Numbered from the stretch's first letter, positions 1-9,322 are shown. The stretch is DNA of 44,333 nt from Rhizobiales bacterium 12-68-15 (GCA_002279855.1 NCCY01000001.1:1-44333), one strand, 5' to 3'. The notes: generated by a model from the sequence alone, not told the origin. Numbers and translations: made by a program.

Positions 1-93
1 GCCTCACGCCCTACGAGTTCATCTGCAAATGCTGGACTTCAGAGCCAGAGAGATTCATCCTCGATCCAATCCAGCAAATGCCGGGACTGAACA
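1..93 (+). mobile_element. Right end of an IS481-family element (partial at window edge)
   Basis: Bases 1-93 match 18856-18948 except for one synonymous change (GAG/GAA). The stretch ends in the right inverted repeat ...CCGGGACTGAACA. Confidence 0.93.
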
Positions 94-98
94 TCTAG
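3..98 (+). CDS. IS481 transposase C-terminus (partial)
   Basis: Reads LTPYEFICKCWTSEPERFILDPIQQMPGLNI*, the same as the C-terminal part of the 17988 transposase. The TAG stop (96-98) lies outside the inverted repeat. Confidence 0.88.
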   Translation, partial: LTPYEFICKCWTSEPERFILDPIQQMPGLNI

Positions 99-120
99 TG
101 CCGTCAACCCCGCGGGCCAC

Positions 121-156
121 CCCGCGATGCCGGCATCGCGGGCCCCCGACCGGGGG
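121..156. repeat. Perfect 22-bp palindrome plus an adjacent small hairpin
   Basis: CCCGCGATGCCGGCATCGCGGG (121-142) is its own reverse complement. It is followed by CCCCCGACCGGGGG (143-156). Confidence 0.75.
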
Positions 157-350
157 TTCCTCTGCGCTGTGCTGCGGTGACGACGGCGTCCGGCCCCTTC
201 CTTGTGCAGCGGCATGCGAGTATTCCGACGGCCCCGCCCATGCCTTTGAAATCCCTCGGGGACAATCCTGCTGAAGAAAGCTGCTCTTGCTCTCCGGCAA
301 TATGCCGCATATGTCTAAGGCGTATTGCCGTTGACTGCAAGGAGGCTCTC

Positions 351-788
351 ATGTCGATTGCCATAGTCGTGGAGGTTGCCCGCAAGCTGGGAGGCCAGAG
401 CGTGCTCGGCACGGTCGTGCGCTCGCAGGCCGACCTGGCTCTCGCCGTCCGCAACAGGCTTCCCCTGTCGGCTCTTCGTGGGCTCAGCCAGGCGGGCATG
501 AGCGAGCAGGAGATCGAGAGATTCGTGATCCCGCAGCGCACCCGCCGCCATCGCGCCGACAAGCAGCAGCCGCTGACGGTCGATGAATCGGACCGGGCCG
601 TGCGCCTCCTGCGCGTGCAGTCCCTGGCCGAGCAGACCTTTGGTGATCAGGAGAAGGCCAACCGTTGGCTGCGCCGCCCGCTCACCGAGCTCGGCGGCGA
701 GACGCCGCTCGTCGTGGCGCAGACCGAGGCCGGCGCGCGCGTGATCGAGACCATCCTCGGCAAGATCGCCTGGGGCGCGGCCGCCTGA
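351..788 (+). CDS. Xre/MbcA/ParS-family antitoxin of a RES toxin-antitoxin pair
   Basis: GGAGG ribosome-binding site before ATG 351. Contains the motifs LTVDESDRAVRLLRV...TFGDQEKANRWL...LGGETP. Its stop overlaps the RES gene start (TGATG). Confidence 0.9.
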   Translation: MSIAIVVEVARKLGGQSVLGTVVRSQADLALAVRNRLPLSALRGLSQAGMSEQEIERFVIPQRTRRHRADKQQPLTVDESDRAVRLLRVQSLAEQTFGDQEKANRWLRRPLTELGGETPLVVAQTEAGARVIETILGKIAWGAAA

Positions 789-1219
789 TGCGGCTCTGGC
801 GCCTGTCGGGCCGGCAGCATGCGCAGGCGCTGGACGGCGGCTATGGCCTGCATTTCGACGGCCGCTGGAACACCGTGGGGCATGCCGTCACCTATTGCGC
901 GACATCGCCCGCGCTCTGCGTCCTCGAAAAGCTGGTCCATGTGGAGGATCCCGCGCTCCTGCCGGAGCTGGTCATGGTCACCTATGAGATCCCCGACACT
1001 GTCGAAATTGAAGACGTACCGTTGGAAGGTCTCCCGACCGATTGGCGGCGGCACGAGGCCTGGAGCCAAGAGAGGGGCGATACCTGGCATGAGGCGCGCG
1101 CCTCCTTGCTGCTGCGCGTTCCCTCGGCGATCGTACCGATCGTCGGCTCTCCCGACCTGAACGTGCTGATCAACCACAGCCATCCGACTGCGGCCGAAGT
1201 GGGCTGTTGGCTGCGCTGA
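788..1219 (+). CDS. RES-domain toxin (NAD+ phosphorylase-type family), C-terminus probably truncated
   Basis: MRLWRL...GRWN...LEKLVH...LRVPSAIVP...NVLINHSHP retains the R, E and S residues. The usual terminal F.FD.RL segment is absent. Confidence 0.85.
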   Translation: MRLWRLSGRQHAQALDGGYGLHFDGRWNTVGHAVTYCATSPALCVLEKLVHVEDPALLPELVMVTYEIPDTVEIEDVPLEGLPTDWRRHEAWSQERGDTWHEARASLLLRVPSAIVPIVGSPDLNVLINHSHPTAAEVGCWLR

Positions 1220-1256
1220 AGCCAGCAAGCCGTCTTCATCCCAAAGGCTTCCATCC

Positions 1257-1349
1257 CAGGCACTCCAAGCCTTGCGGGGCGTCGACCTCATTGTGGCGGT
1301 GACCTTCGTCAGCGAGATCGGCAACCTGAGCCGCTTCGAGAGCCCCCGA
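1257..1349 (+). pseudogene. IS110-family transposase fragment
   Basis: QALQALRGVDLIVAVTFVSEIGNLSRFESPR resembles the IS116/IS110/IS902 C-terminal domain motif. There is no start codon and the rest of the gene is missing. Confidence 0.7.
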
Positions 1350-1409
1350 GGTGGGGGTGGAAAACGTGCTCTGATCGAAACGGCTATTGGGCGTTATAAG
1401 GCGCTGATC

Positions 1410-3134
1410 GTAACCGGAGCAGATTCCGGGGCGGCTACGGTCGAGCGGCCTGCCGGATGAGATCTGGCAGGGGTGGGATTGAGGCCTGTGGGTTGATGCC
1501 GAGCCGATCGCCGAGATAGGCGAAGAACGAGACGCCGAGCTTCATTCAGGTCTTCATGAGGCCGAGGAAGACGTCCCGCGCCTGCCGTCCGGCGTCGCTC
1601 ATCGTGCCGCCGGAGATCTTGCGCTTGGTGACGAAGGCGCGGATGTCGTTCTCCGAGCCATTGGTATGCAACGGGATCTCGGGGCGCTCCAGAACCCGCA
1701 GCAGTTCGGGTTTTCGGCGATGAAGCCGCGCCAGGAGCCGGTCGAGCAGGTTGTATCCGGTTCGTGGCCGGAAGATGCGGGGTCGAATCGGGCGCGCAGG
1801 GCCGCAGCGCATCTCTTGCACGGATCCTTCTGCCAAGCCTTCAGGTCTCGATAGAACCACCAGATCAGCTGACGCACCAGCTCGACCGACTGTCGCTGCT
1901 GCGGCGTTGCCGGCACCAGCTTGTGGACGAGCCTCTCCGCATGCACCCAACACAGCGCGTGCTCGCCGACGCGGAACTGGCCGGCGCCATCGGAGACGAT
2001 CGCCGTGTCGCCCAGCAGGCCGTGGTGATGGATGGCGCCCCACAACGCACCTTCGGTGGCGATCCGTACCGGGTCCGGCGTCACGCCGAGCTGGTCGATG
2101 CCCAGCGCCGTCAGGTGCGCCTGCCATGCGGCCCCGTCCGCGAAGATCTTCTGCAGTGCGGCCTCGAGACGATCGATGACCGGTCCCGCCAGATTGCGCC
2201 CGCGCATGTAGGCCAGCGCCTCCTTGTTCACGACATGCTCGCCGTGACCGGCGCGAAGCGTGTCCAGGAACGCCGCGCGCGACTTCGAGGCACCGGTGCG
2301 GAAGGCCGTGAAGCGATCGTCGCCGATCTGCGTGGTGTAGCCGTCCGCGTGGGCGTGGCGTGCGGAGGTGTCATCCACCGTCACCCACTGTGCCGTCGCA
2401 AGGCCCGCGCGAAGCACGTCGCGATCCTCGCTCACGAACTCGTCCACGTGATCCGCTATCAGTCGCACGACCTGGCGCTTGGAGATGGCGATGCCGATCC
2501 CGGTCAGAAGAGCCGTCAGCCGCTCCGTCGTCACCTGTCCCTGCACGTGGCAGGCGAGGATGAAGCGCCGCAGGTTCGCACCCCAGCCGCCGACGATCCC
2601 CGGCGGCAGCGGCGCTACCACCCTCCCCCCCGCCGGCGTTACCCAGCGCTCGCGGCGATACCGCACGACCTCGGTGACCAGCACCAGGTCGCGAACCAGG
2701 ATCGTCTCGTACCCCTTGAAGCGCGATCCTGCCGGCACCTCCGCCGGAACGACCACCTCCCGGCTCACCTGATTGCCGTCCCGCTTGCCACCGCGCCGGC
2801 GGCGCTTGCCCTTGCCGCGCGACGGCCCTGTCGCCTTCTCCATGCCCGAAGGCTTCGACGTCTTGAACTTCGGCCGGGGCGGCAGCCCCTTCAGCGCGGC
2901 GATCTCGTCCTTGAGATCCCGGTTCTCTGCCTTCGCCGACGCAAGCTCCGTCTTCAGGCCGGCATTCTCGTCACGAAGGCTCCGAACCTCGGAAAGAAGC
3001 TCCACGACAAGATCGCGAAGCGCCCCAACCGGCCGGTCCCTGACCGTATCAGCGTCTCGTTCCGACATGGAAATCGTGAATCACGACCCCCACTTCCTGA
3101 AAAGCCCCTTCGCCCCGGAATTTGCTCCAGTTAC
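1410..3134 (-). mobile_element. IS66-family (single-ORF, ISBst12-like) insertion sequence, 1725 bp
   Basis: 24-bp terminal inverted repeats GTAACCGGAGCAGATTCCGGGGCG / GTAACTGGAGCAAATTCCGGGGCG. A 9-bp direct repeat GCGCTGATC sits at 1401-1409 and 3135-3143. Confidence 0.93.
1546..3068 (-). pseudogene. IS66 transposase with a frameshift and a premature stop
   Basis: The DDE motifs VDDT, IVSDGAGQF and HALCWVHAER are in one frame, while LHTNGSENDIR...KRKISGG is in another (shift near 1780). An in-frame TGA at 1548-1546 interrupts MKT*MKLGVSFFAYLGDRL. Confidence 0.85.
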
Positions 3135-3447
3135 GCGCTGATCGGCCGACGTCTGCGAGCCCGCTTCTTTGCCGCCCAGCAGACGGAGGTTGCCATCGGT
3201 TGTGCAGTCCTCAACCGCATGCTCGCCTGTGCACGCCTGCACTCGGTTCGCTGCAGCGCATAGAGGACGATATCAAAGACTCCATTGCGCCGCATGTCGC
3301 ATCCGTGCACCAACGCCCCCAAGTACGGTTCGTCAGACGGTGAAAAATCCGACGATGGCGTGCGCCCGAAATCATGCGCCAGGCGATGGCCGGCAAAATC
3401 CGTGGTCGTCATGAATAGGACGGGCTTGCACCTTCATCCGAAGAATG

Positions 3448-3463
3448 CTAAACGATCGTTTAG
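3448..3463. promoter_or_regulatory. Perfect 16-bp palindrome, probable TetR operator
   Basis: CTAAACGATCGTTTAG lies 16 bp upstream of the TetR start and overlaps a possible promoter (TTGCAC at 3426). Confidence 0.7.
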
Positions 3464-3479
3464 TTAGATAGGTGATGTC

Positions 3480-4073
3480 TTGACCTCGACAGCTTCGAAA
3501 CGTCAACCAAGCCGCTGGCCTGCCTTGCTGGACGCCGCGGCCATCTTCTTCGCCGAGCGCGGCTACCACGCCACCGCCATGCGGGACATCGCGCGTGTCG
3601 CGAACGTCACGCCGGGAGCGGTCTACTTCCATGTGGCGACCAAGCATGCGCTGCTCGTGGCCGTCTATCAGGAAGGCGTGGATCGCATCATCCGCCACTT
3701 CGATGAGGCGATCGCGGAGGAGTACGATCCGGTGAAGCGCTTCCGCTGCGCCATCCAGGCCCACCTTGAATCCATCCTCGATGAGAGCGCCTATGCGCGC
3801 GTCATCGTCCGCGTGCTGCCCGAGGATGTGCCGGAAGCGACGGAAGAGTTGAAGCGCCAGCGCGAGCGCTATGAGGAGCGCTTCCGCGCGCTGATCGACG
3901 GCCTCCATCTTCCTCAGGGCCGCAATCCCAAGCTGATGCGGCTGCTGCTCATCGGCGCTCTGAACTGGACCCCGGTCTGGTATCGCGGCTCCATCGGCGG
4001 CCTCGACCCTGTCGTCGATGAGATGGTCGCCTCGTTCGGCATCCAGCCCACACGAAGGACGAGCAAGAAATGA
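3480..4073 (+). CDS. TetR/AcrR-family transcriptional regulator
   Basis: N-terminal helix-turn-helix LLDAAAIFFAERGYHATAMRDIARVANVTPGAVYFH. C-terminal LIGALNWTPVWY is typical of acyl-CoA-sensing TetR proteins. TTG start. Confidence 0.92.
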   Translation: MTSTASKRQPSRWPALLDAAAIFFAERGYHATAMRDIARVANVTPGAVYFHVATKHALLVAVYQEGVDRIIRHFDEAIAEEYDPVKRFRCAIQAHLESILDESAYARVIVRVLPEDVPEATEELKRQRERYEERFRALIDGLHLPQGRNPKLMRLLLIGALNWTPVWYRGSIGGLDPVVDEMVASFGIQPTRRTSKK

Positions 4074-4516
4074 TCCATGCCGGCACGCGGCCCCTCCGTG
4101 TCCTCGTCACCAAGATCGGCCTCGACGGGCACGATCGCGGCAGCCGGATCGTTGCAGCCTATCTGCGCGACGCCGGCATGGAAGTGATCTACACGCCACC
4201 CTGGCAGACCATCCCGGGTGTCGTGAAGCTCGCCACTGAAGAGGACGTAGACGTCATCGGCATCAGCTCGCTGGCCACCGACCACCTGATCGTCCCGAAA
4301 ATGATGGAGGCGCTGCGCGCCGCGGGGCTCGGTCACGTGGGTGTCGTGGTGGGCGGCATCGTGCCGGAAGCGGAGCAGTCGGCGCTCGCCGCGGCCGGCG
4401 TCAGCCGGGTGTTCGGTCCGGGCGCCGCGCGCGAGGAGATCGTGGAGTGCGTGACGGCCCTCGGCCAGAAGTCGCGCGCGGAGCGTGTCGATGACTATTC
4501 GGAGGCAAACCCATGA
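4070..4516 (+). CDS. Acyl-CoA mutase small (cobalamin-binding) subunit, pivalyl-CoA mutase type
   Basis: DxHxxG base-off/His-on motif (GLDGHDRG), plus DVIGISSL and VVVGGIVP. Overlaps both neighbouring genes by 4 bp. Confidence 0.93.
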   Translation: MIHAGTRPLRVLVTKIGLDGHDRGSRIVAAYLRDAGMEVIYTPPWQTIPGVVKLATEEDVDVIGISSLATDHLIVPKMMEALRAAGLGHVGVVVGGIVPEAEQSALAAAGVSRVFGPGAAREEIVECVTALGQKSRAERVDDYSEANP

Positions 4517-6192
4517 ACCAGGCCGCGGTGCAACTTCCACTCCCGGGGTTCGAGCAGGCCTCTGGCCAGTGGCGCTCTGACTATTCCCGCCAGGTGGCCG
4601 GCGAGAAGCCGGTCCGCAACCGCTCCGGCATTGAGGTTCAGCCGCTCTATTCGCCGCGCGACTGGGCGGGCGAGCGCTATCTGGATGATCTCGGCTTTCC
4701 TGGCCAATACCCCTTCACGCGCGGCATCTATCCATCCATGCATCGCGGCCGCACCTGGACCCAGCGCCAGCTCATCGGCCTCGGCACGCCGCAGGATTAC
4801 AATGTCCGGGTCCGCCGCATCATTGATGCGGGCGCCACCGCCATCAGTCTCCTGCCGTGCTGCTCGGGCTTCCGCGGCATCGATTGCGACGAGGTGGACC
4901 CGGTGCTGCTCGGCACCTGCGGCACGGTGGTGAACACCACCGACCACATGGATGCGGCGCTCGACGGGGTGCCCCTCGGCACCATCTCGACGGCCATGAA
5001 CGATCCTTCCCCGTTCACGCTTCTGGCCTTCACCCTGGGGGTGGCGCGCCGCCGCAGCATCGACTGGCGCAGCATCACCGGCACCTCGAACCAGAGCGAC
5101 TATATTTCCCATTTCATCGCCAACCACCAGTTCTACCGGCTGTCCCTGCCGGGGTCGCGGCGGGTGCTGCTGGACCACATCGAATTCTGCCGGCGCGCGT
5201 TGCCGAACTGGAATCCCCTGTCGGTAGTCGGCCAGCACATGCAGCAGGCCGGAGCGACGCCCGCCGAGACCATGGGCTTCACCTTGTCCTCGGCGATCCA
5301 GTACGCGCAGGACTGCATCGAGCGCGGCATGGACGTGGACGACGTCCTGCGCCGCTTTACCTTCTTCTTCGATATTTCGATCTCCTTCTTCGAGGAGATC
5401 GCCAAGTTTCGCGCCGGCCGACGCATCTGGGCGCGGATCGCCCGGGAGCGGCTCGGCGCGAAGGACCCCGCCTGCTGGCGCTTCAAGTTCCACGGCCAGA
5501 CCTCGGGCGTCGATCTCACCCAGCAGCAACCCTTGAACAACATCGCCCGCGTCTCGGTCCAGGCCATGGCCGGCATCCTCAGTGGGCTTCAGTCCATGCA
5601 CACGGATGCCTATGACGAGGCCATCGCCTGCCCCAGCGAGGAGACGGCGCGCATTGCCGTGGCCACCCAGAACATCCTGCGCGACGAGGCGCAGCTCTGC
5701 GCCGTGATCGATCCCCTCGGCGGTTCTTATTACGTGGAGCGGCTGACCGACCAGATGGAGGCGGAGATCGAGGCAGTGATTGCGCGGATCGACGCGGCCG
5801 GAGGCATGTACAAGGCGGCCGAGGTCGGGCTGGTGCAGACCATGATCGGCGAATCCGCGCTCGCCTTCCAGGAGCAGCTGGAGACAGGCGAGCGCAAGAT
5901 CGTTGGCGTCAACTGCTATCAGGTCGAGGAAGACCCGACCATTCCGCCCGCCGAGCGCCCGGACCCCGCGGCCATGGAGCGGCATGTGGAACGCTTCAAG
6001 GCATTCAAGCGCGAACGCAGCCAGGACGCGGTGGCACGCGCCCTCGACGCGCTGGCGCGGGCCGCCAACAGCGAGCGCGAGAACGTGTTCGAGAAGGTGG
6101 TGGAGGCGGCCGAGGCCGGCGTGACCCATGGCGAGATGGTGGGCTGCCTGCGCCGCGAGCTGGGCTTCGGCCATCCCCTAATCATCGCCTGA
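4513..6192 (+). CDS. Adenosylcobalamin-dependent acyl-CoA mutase large subunit, probably pivalyl-CoA/isovaleryl-CoA mutase
   Basis: Mutase motifs [29 protein letters not shown] and [10 protein letters not shown]. The specificity positions equivalent to methylmalonyl-CoA mutase Tyr89/Arg207 are Leu87 (WTQRQL) and Asn204. Confidence 0.9.
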   Translation: MNQAAVQLPLPGFEQASGQWRSDYSRQVAGEKPVRNRSGIEVQPLYSPRDWAGERYLDDLGFPGQYPFTRGIYPSMHRGRTWTQRQLIGLGTPQDYNVRVRRIIDAGATAISLLPCCSGFRGIDCDEVDPVLLGTCGTVVNTTDHMDAALDGVPLGTISTAMNDPSPFTLLAFTLGVARRRSIDWRSITGTSNQSDYISHFIANHQFYRLSLPGSRRVLLDHIEFCRRALPNWNPLSVVGQHMQQAGATPAETMGFTLSSAIQYAQDCIERGMDVDDVLRRFTFFFDISISFFEEIAKFRAGRRIWARIARERLGAKDPACWRFKFHGQTSGVDLTQQQPLNNIARVSVQAMAGILSGLQSMHTDAYDEAIACPSEETARIAVATQNILRDEAQLCAVIDPLGGSYYVERLTDQMEAEIEAVIARIDAAGGMYKAAEVGLVQTMIGESALAFQEQLETGERKIVGVNCYQVEEDPTIPPAERPDPAAMERHVERFKAFKRERSQDAVARALDALARAANSERENVFEKVVEAAEAGVTHGEMVGCLRRELGFGHPLIIA

Positions 6193-6202
6193 CAGGATCG
6201 CC

Positions 6203-7198
6203 ATGGCCCCGTCCCCGTCCCCGATCCCGCTGGCGCAGCGGCTGCGCGCCGGCGATCCCCGCGCGGTGGCGCGGGCCATCAGTCTCATGGAGGAAGGCGG
6301 CAGCGCCGCCGCCGCGCTTCACGCCGCCATCCTGCCGGCGACGGGACGGGCGCTTACGATCGGCTTCACCGGCCCCCCCGGCGCCGGCAAGTCGACGCTG
6401 GTGGACGCCTTCGTGGCCGAGCTGCGCAAGAGCGGCCGTACGGTGGGGGTGGTGGCGGTGGACCCCTCGAGCCCCCTTTCGGGCGGGGCGGTGCTTGGCG
6501 ATCGCATTCGCATGGGCCGCCACACGGACGATCCGGGCGTCTTCATCCGCTCCATCGCCTCGCGCGGACATCTCGGGGGGCTCTCGCGGAGCATCCATCA
6601 TGTAGTGGACGTGCTCGACGCCGCGGGCCGCGACGCCATCGTGATCGAGACCGTGGGCGCCGGCCAGTCGGAGGTGGAGATCGTGGACGTGGCGGCGGTG
6701 CGCATCGTTGTGAACGCGCCCGGCCTCGGCGATGACGTGCAGGCCATCAAAGCCGGCATATTGGAGATCGCCAGCATCCTGGTGGTGAACAAGGCTGACC
6801 TGCCGCTTGCGCCCCGCACGGTCCGGCAGCTCAAGGCCATGCTGAGCCTGCGGCGGGAGGGTGAGGCGGACGTCCCGGTGCTGGAGACCATCGCCAGCGA
6901 GGACCGCGGCGTGGCGGAGCTGCTCGCCGCGGTGGACGCCTGCGCGACCTTGCGGCCGGAAGATGCGGCCGCCCGGCGGCGCACCCGCATCCGCCGCCTC
7001 GTCGCCGAAGGCGCGGCAGGGGAGATGCGGCGCCGCATTCTCGCCTGGGACGATGCGGCCTTCCTCGAAACGCTTGCGCGGGCGGCGCGAGGCGAGATCG
7101 ACATCGACACGGCCGCGCGCGCCGCTATGGAGGCGCAGGCCGGTGGCGTTCCACTTCCTGTCGCGGTTCCGCAGAAGGCCGATCGGAGGGCCGGATGA
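6203..7198 (+). CDS. meaB: MeaB/ArgK-family mutase chaperone GTPase
   Basis: GPPGAGKST, AVDPSSPLSGGAVLGDRIRM, IETVGAGQSE and NKAD motifs; adjacent to the mutase genes. Confidence 0.92.
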   Translation: MAPSPSPIPLAQRLRAGDPRAVARAISLMEEGGSAAAALHAAILPATGRALTIGFTGPPGAGKSTLVDAFVAELRKSGRTVGVVAVDPSSPLSGGAVLGDRIRMGRHTDDPGVFIRSIASRGHLGGLSRSIHHVVDVLDAAGRDAIVIETVGAGQSEVEIVDVAAVRIVVNAPGLGDDVQAIKAGILEIASILVVNKADLPLAPRTVRQLKAMLSLRREGEADVPVLETIASEDRGVAELLAAVDACATLRPEDAAARRRTRIRRLVAEGAAGEMRRRILAWDDAAFLETLARAARGEIDIDTAARAAMEAQAGGVPLPVAVPQKADRRAG

Positions 7199-7656
7199 AC
7201 GCGCCCGCCGATCGCGCGGAGGACCCGGCCGCCGAGGCGTGGCGCTGGGCGCGGTTCATGCTGTCGGGCGACCGGCCGGCCGGTGCCTTCGGCTTCGAGC
7301 TCGTCGCCGCCGGTCCGGGCGCGGCCGAGCTGGCGATGACGGTGCCCCCGGTGGCGCTCAACGCCTTTGGCACCTGCCATGGCGGTGTGCTGTTCACCCT
7401 GGCCGACGCGGCTCTTTCCATCGCCTGCAACAGCCGGGGCCAGCAATCGGTGGCCCAGACCTGCAGCATCGCCTTCCTGAGGCCCGTGCAGCCCGGCGAT
7501 CGGCTGATCGCCCGCGCCAGCGAGCGCGCCCGCACCGCCCGCACCGCCATCTATGACTGTGCCGTGGTCAACGGCGCCACCGGCAAGGTGGTCGCCGAGT
7601 TCCGCGGCCACTCCCGCACCATCGCGGACCACATGCCCATCGGTCCGGCAACCTGA
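7195..7656 (+). CDS. paaI: PaaI-like hotdog-fold thioesterase
   Basis: Contains LNAFGTCHGGVLFTLADAALSIACNS and VAEFRGHSR. Confidence 0.85.
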   Translation: MNAPADRAEDPAAEAWRWARFMLSGDRPAGAFGFELVAAGPGAAELAMTVPPVALNAFGTCHGGVLFTLADAALSIACNSRGQQSVAQTCSIAFLRPVQPGDRLIARASERARTARTAIYDCAVVNGATGKVVAEFRGHSRTIADHMPIGPAT

Positions 7657-7673
7657 GACGGGGCGACGCCAGC

Positions 7674-8924
7674 ATGACGGCACTGGAACAGCCGGTGATT
7701 TCCGACATCTATTTCACCGCCCGGGAGGTCATGGATCCCGAAGCGCGGGAGTGGGACCTCCTCGGCCGGCTCCCCGGCCTTGTCGCGCGCGCCATGCAGG
7801 CCCCCGGCTGGCGCCGCCACCTCGCAGGCATCGATCCGGGCGGCGTGAGGGATCGGCAGGCGCTCGCGTGCCTGCCGATCCTGCGCAAGGCGGACCTGAT
7901 GCGGCTCCAGGCGGAATGCCCCCCGCTGGGTGGGCTCGCCTGCGCGCCGGTCTCCTCCTTCAAACGCCTGTTTCTTTCCCCGGGACCGGTGGCGGAGCCG
8001 GAAGGCCATGGTCCCGACTGGTGGGGAACCGCCCGCGGCCTCCATGCCGCCGGCATGCGGCGGGGCGACATCGCCATCAACTGCTTTTCCCACCACCTCA
8101 CTCCGGGCGCCCGGTTCGTCGAGAGCGGCATGCACGCCATCGGTGCCGCCGTCATTGCGGGCGGCGTCGGCAACACCGACCAGCAGGTGGAAGCCATCTG
8201 CCGCTACGGCGCCACCTGTTATCTCGGCACGCCCGATTTTCTGAAGCTGCTGCTCGACCGGGCCGCGGAATTGGGCAAGAGCACGCGGACGCTGACGAAA
8301 GGGTTTGTCTCCGGCGCGGCGCTTCCCTCCTCCCTGCGGGCGTTGCTGTCGGCCCGCGGCGTTTCGGTCCTTCAGGGATACGCCTGCGCCGATGTCGGGC
8401 TGATCGCCTACGAGACCGTGCCGGACGACGGCTTGGTCCTCAACGAGGAGCGCCTCGTCGAAATCGTCGATCCCTCCACCGGCACGCCCGTGGAGCCGGG
8501 AGCGGTGGGCGAGGTGGTGGTCACGCGCTTCGACGCCGACTACCCGATGATCCGCCTATCCACCGGAGACCTCTCGGCCGTCAAGCCCGGCCTTTCCCCG
8601 TGCGGCAGGACCAATCAGCGGCTCGCGGGCTGGCTGGGCCGCGCCGACCAGAGCGCCAAGGTGAAGGGCATGTTCGTCCACCCCTCGCAGGTGGCCGAGC
8701 TCGCTTTGAGGTTTCCCGAGCTCGCCAATGTGCGTCTCGTGGTCCTTCGCGCACGGGAGCAGGACGCCCTGCGGCTCGATGCGGAATGCGCGAGCGCCGG
8801 TGCTGGCCTGTTGCAGGCCATCGCGCAGGCGCTGAGGGACATCACCAAGCTCGGCGGCGAGGTCCTGCTCGTGCCCCCGGGCACCCTGGCCCCGGACGGC
8901 CGCGCCATCATCGACATGCGCTGA
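7674..8924 (+). CDS. Phenylacetate-CoA ligase (PaaK)-like AMP-forming ligase
   Basis: Contains LPILRK, GTPDFL, QGYACADVG, YPMIRLSTGDLS and GRADQSAKVKGMFVHP. Confidence 0.85.
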   Translation: MTALEQPVISDIYFTAREVMDPEAREWDLLGRLPGLVARAMQAPGWRRHLAGIDPGGVRDRQALACLPILRKADLMRLQAECPPLGGLACAPVSSFKRLFLSPGPVAEPEGHGPDWWGTARGLHAAGMRRGDIAINCFSHHLTPGARFVESGMHAIGAAVIAGGVGNTDQQVEAICRYGATCYLGTPDFLKLLLDRAAELGKSTRTLTKGFVSGAALPSSLRALLSARGVSVLQGYACADVGLIAYETVPDDGLVLNEERLVEIVDPSTGTPVEPGAVGEVVVTRFDADYPMIRLSTGDLSAVKPGLSPCGRTNQRLAGWLGRADQSAKVKGMFVHPSQVAELALRFPELANVRLVVLRAREQDALRLDAECASAGAGLLQAIAQALRDITKLGGEVLLVPPGTLAPDGRAIIDMR

Positions 8925-9227
8925 GCACCGGCGGCCGGCGATCGCGAAGGCGCCCCGGTCACCCCGCCAACGCGCCAGCGCCCGGCGGACGCCTGCACTC
9001 GAACACGCAACGGGCAATCGCCCCTCGAAAGGCGCCTGCCTGCGGCTCGGCCCTGATGGGCCGCGTGCCGGCCGAGAGGTAACCTGGCGTTCCTTCTTTA
9101 CCTCCGCCGGACCCACCGGCCTGGCGACGCCTCCCAGCGCCCTCCGTGCAGTCGCCAGAGCCCGCCGGGAGAACGGCCAAGCTGGAGCAAATGGGGCAGC
9201 CAACAGCGTTCGTCGCCGACAAGCTGA

Positions 9228-9245
9228 TTGAACACTTGTTTAGTT
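9228..9245. promoter_or_regulatory. Imperfect second copy of the putative TetR operator
   Basis: TTGAACACTTGTTTAGTT compared with CTAAACGATCGTTTAGTT at 3448; about 80 bp upstream of the acyl-CoA synthetase. Confidence 0.5.
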
Positions 9246-9322
9246 CGATGGCCGCTGCTAGGCTCCCCTCCGATGGTTGAAAGACCATCCAAAATCCAAG
9301 GAAGGTCGAGGGAGGATGCAAG

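Larger units (their letters stand above)
1356..3317 (+). pseudogene. IS5-family (IS903-like) transposase 3' remnant, split by the IS66 element
   Basis: GKRALIETAIGRYKALI (to 1409) continues after the IS66 as GRRLRARFFAAQQTEVAIGCAVLNRMLACAR. A candidate terminal repeat ...CCGTGCACCAACGCC ends near 3317. Confidence 0.75.

Noticed and set aside
101-118. GTCAACCCC...GGG resembling an IS200/IS605 or OMEGA-RNA end
   Set aside because: There is no TnpB, IscB or Y1 transposase gene in the window, and the similarity covers only a few bases.
4495-6174. Long antisense ORFs, e.g. 4495-6174, 1764-3263, 9863-11341, 20921-22660, 32233-33717 and 37903-39360
   Set aside because: They mirror well-supported genes on the opposite strand and have no family motifs, as expected for shadow ORFs in high-GC DNA.
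4513-6192. Calling the mutase methylmalonyl-, isobutyryl- or 2-hydroxyisobutyryl-CoA mutase
   Set aside because: Those enzymes have Tyr, Phe or Ile at the first specificity position. This protein has Leu87 and also lacks the carboxylate-binding Arg.
7553-9082. Long Arg/Pro/Gly-rich alternate-frame ORFs, e.g. 7553-9082, 13345-14811 and 16646-17761
   Set aside because: Their composition is typical of off-frame translation of GC-rich genes.
8925-9322. Possible cobalamin riboswitch in the 400-bp spacer
   Set aside because: No recognisable B12-box or GGGAA/GCCACTG core by eye; only a small hairpin GATGGT-N6-ACCATC at about 9272-9289. An Infernal search would settle it.
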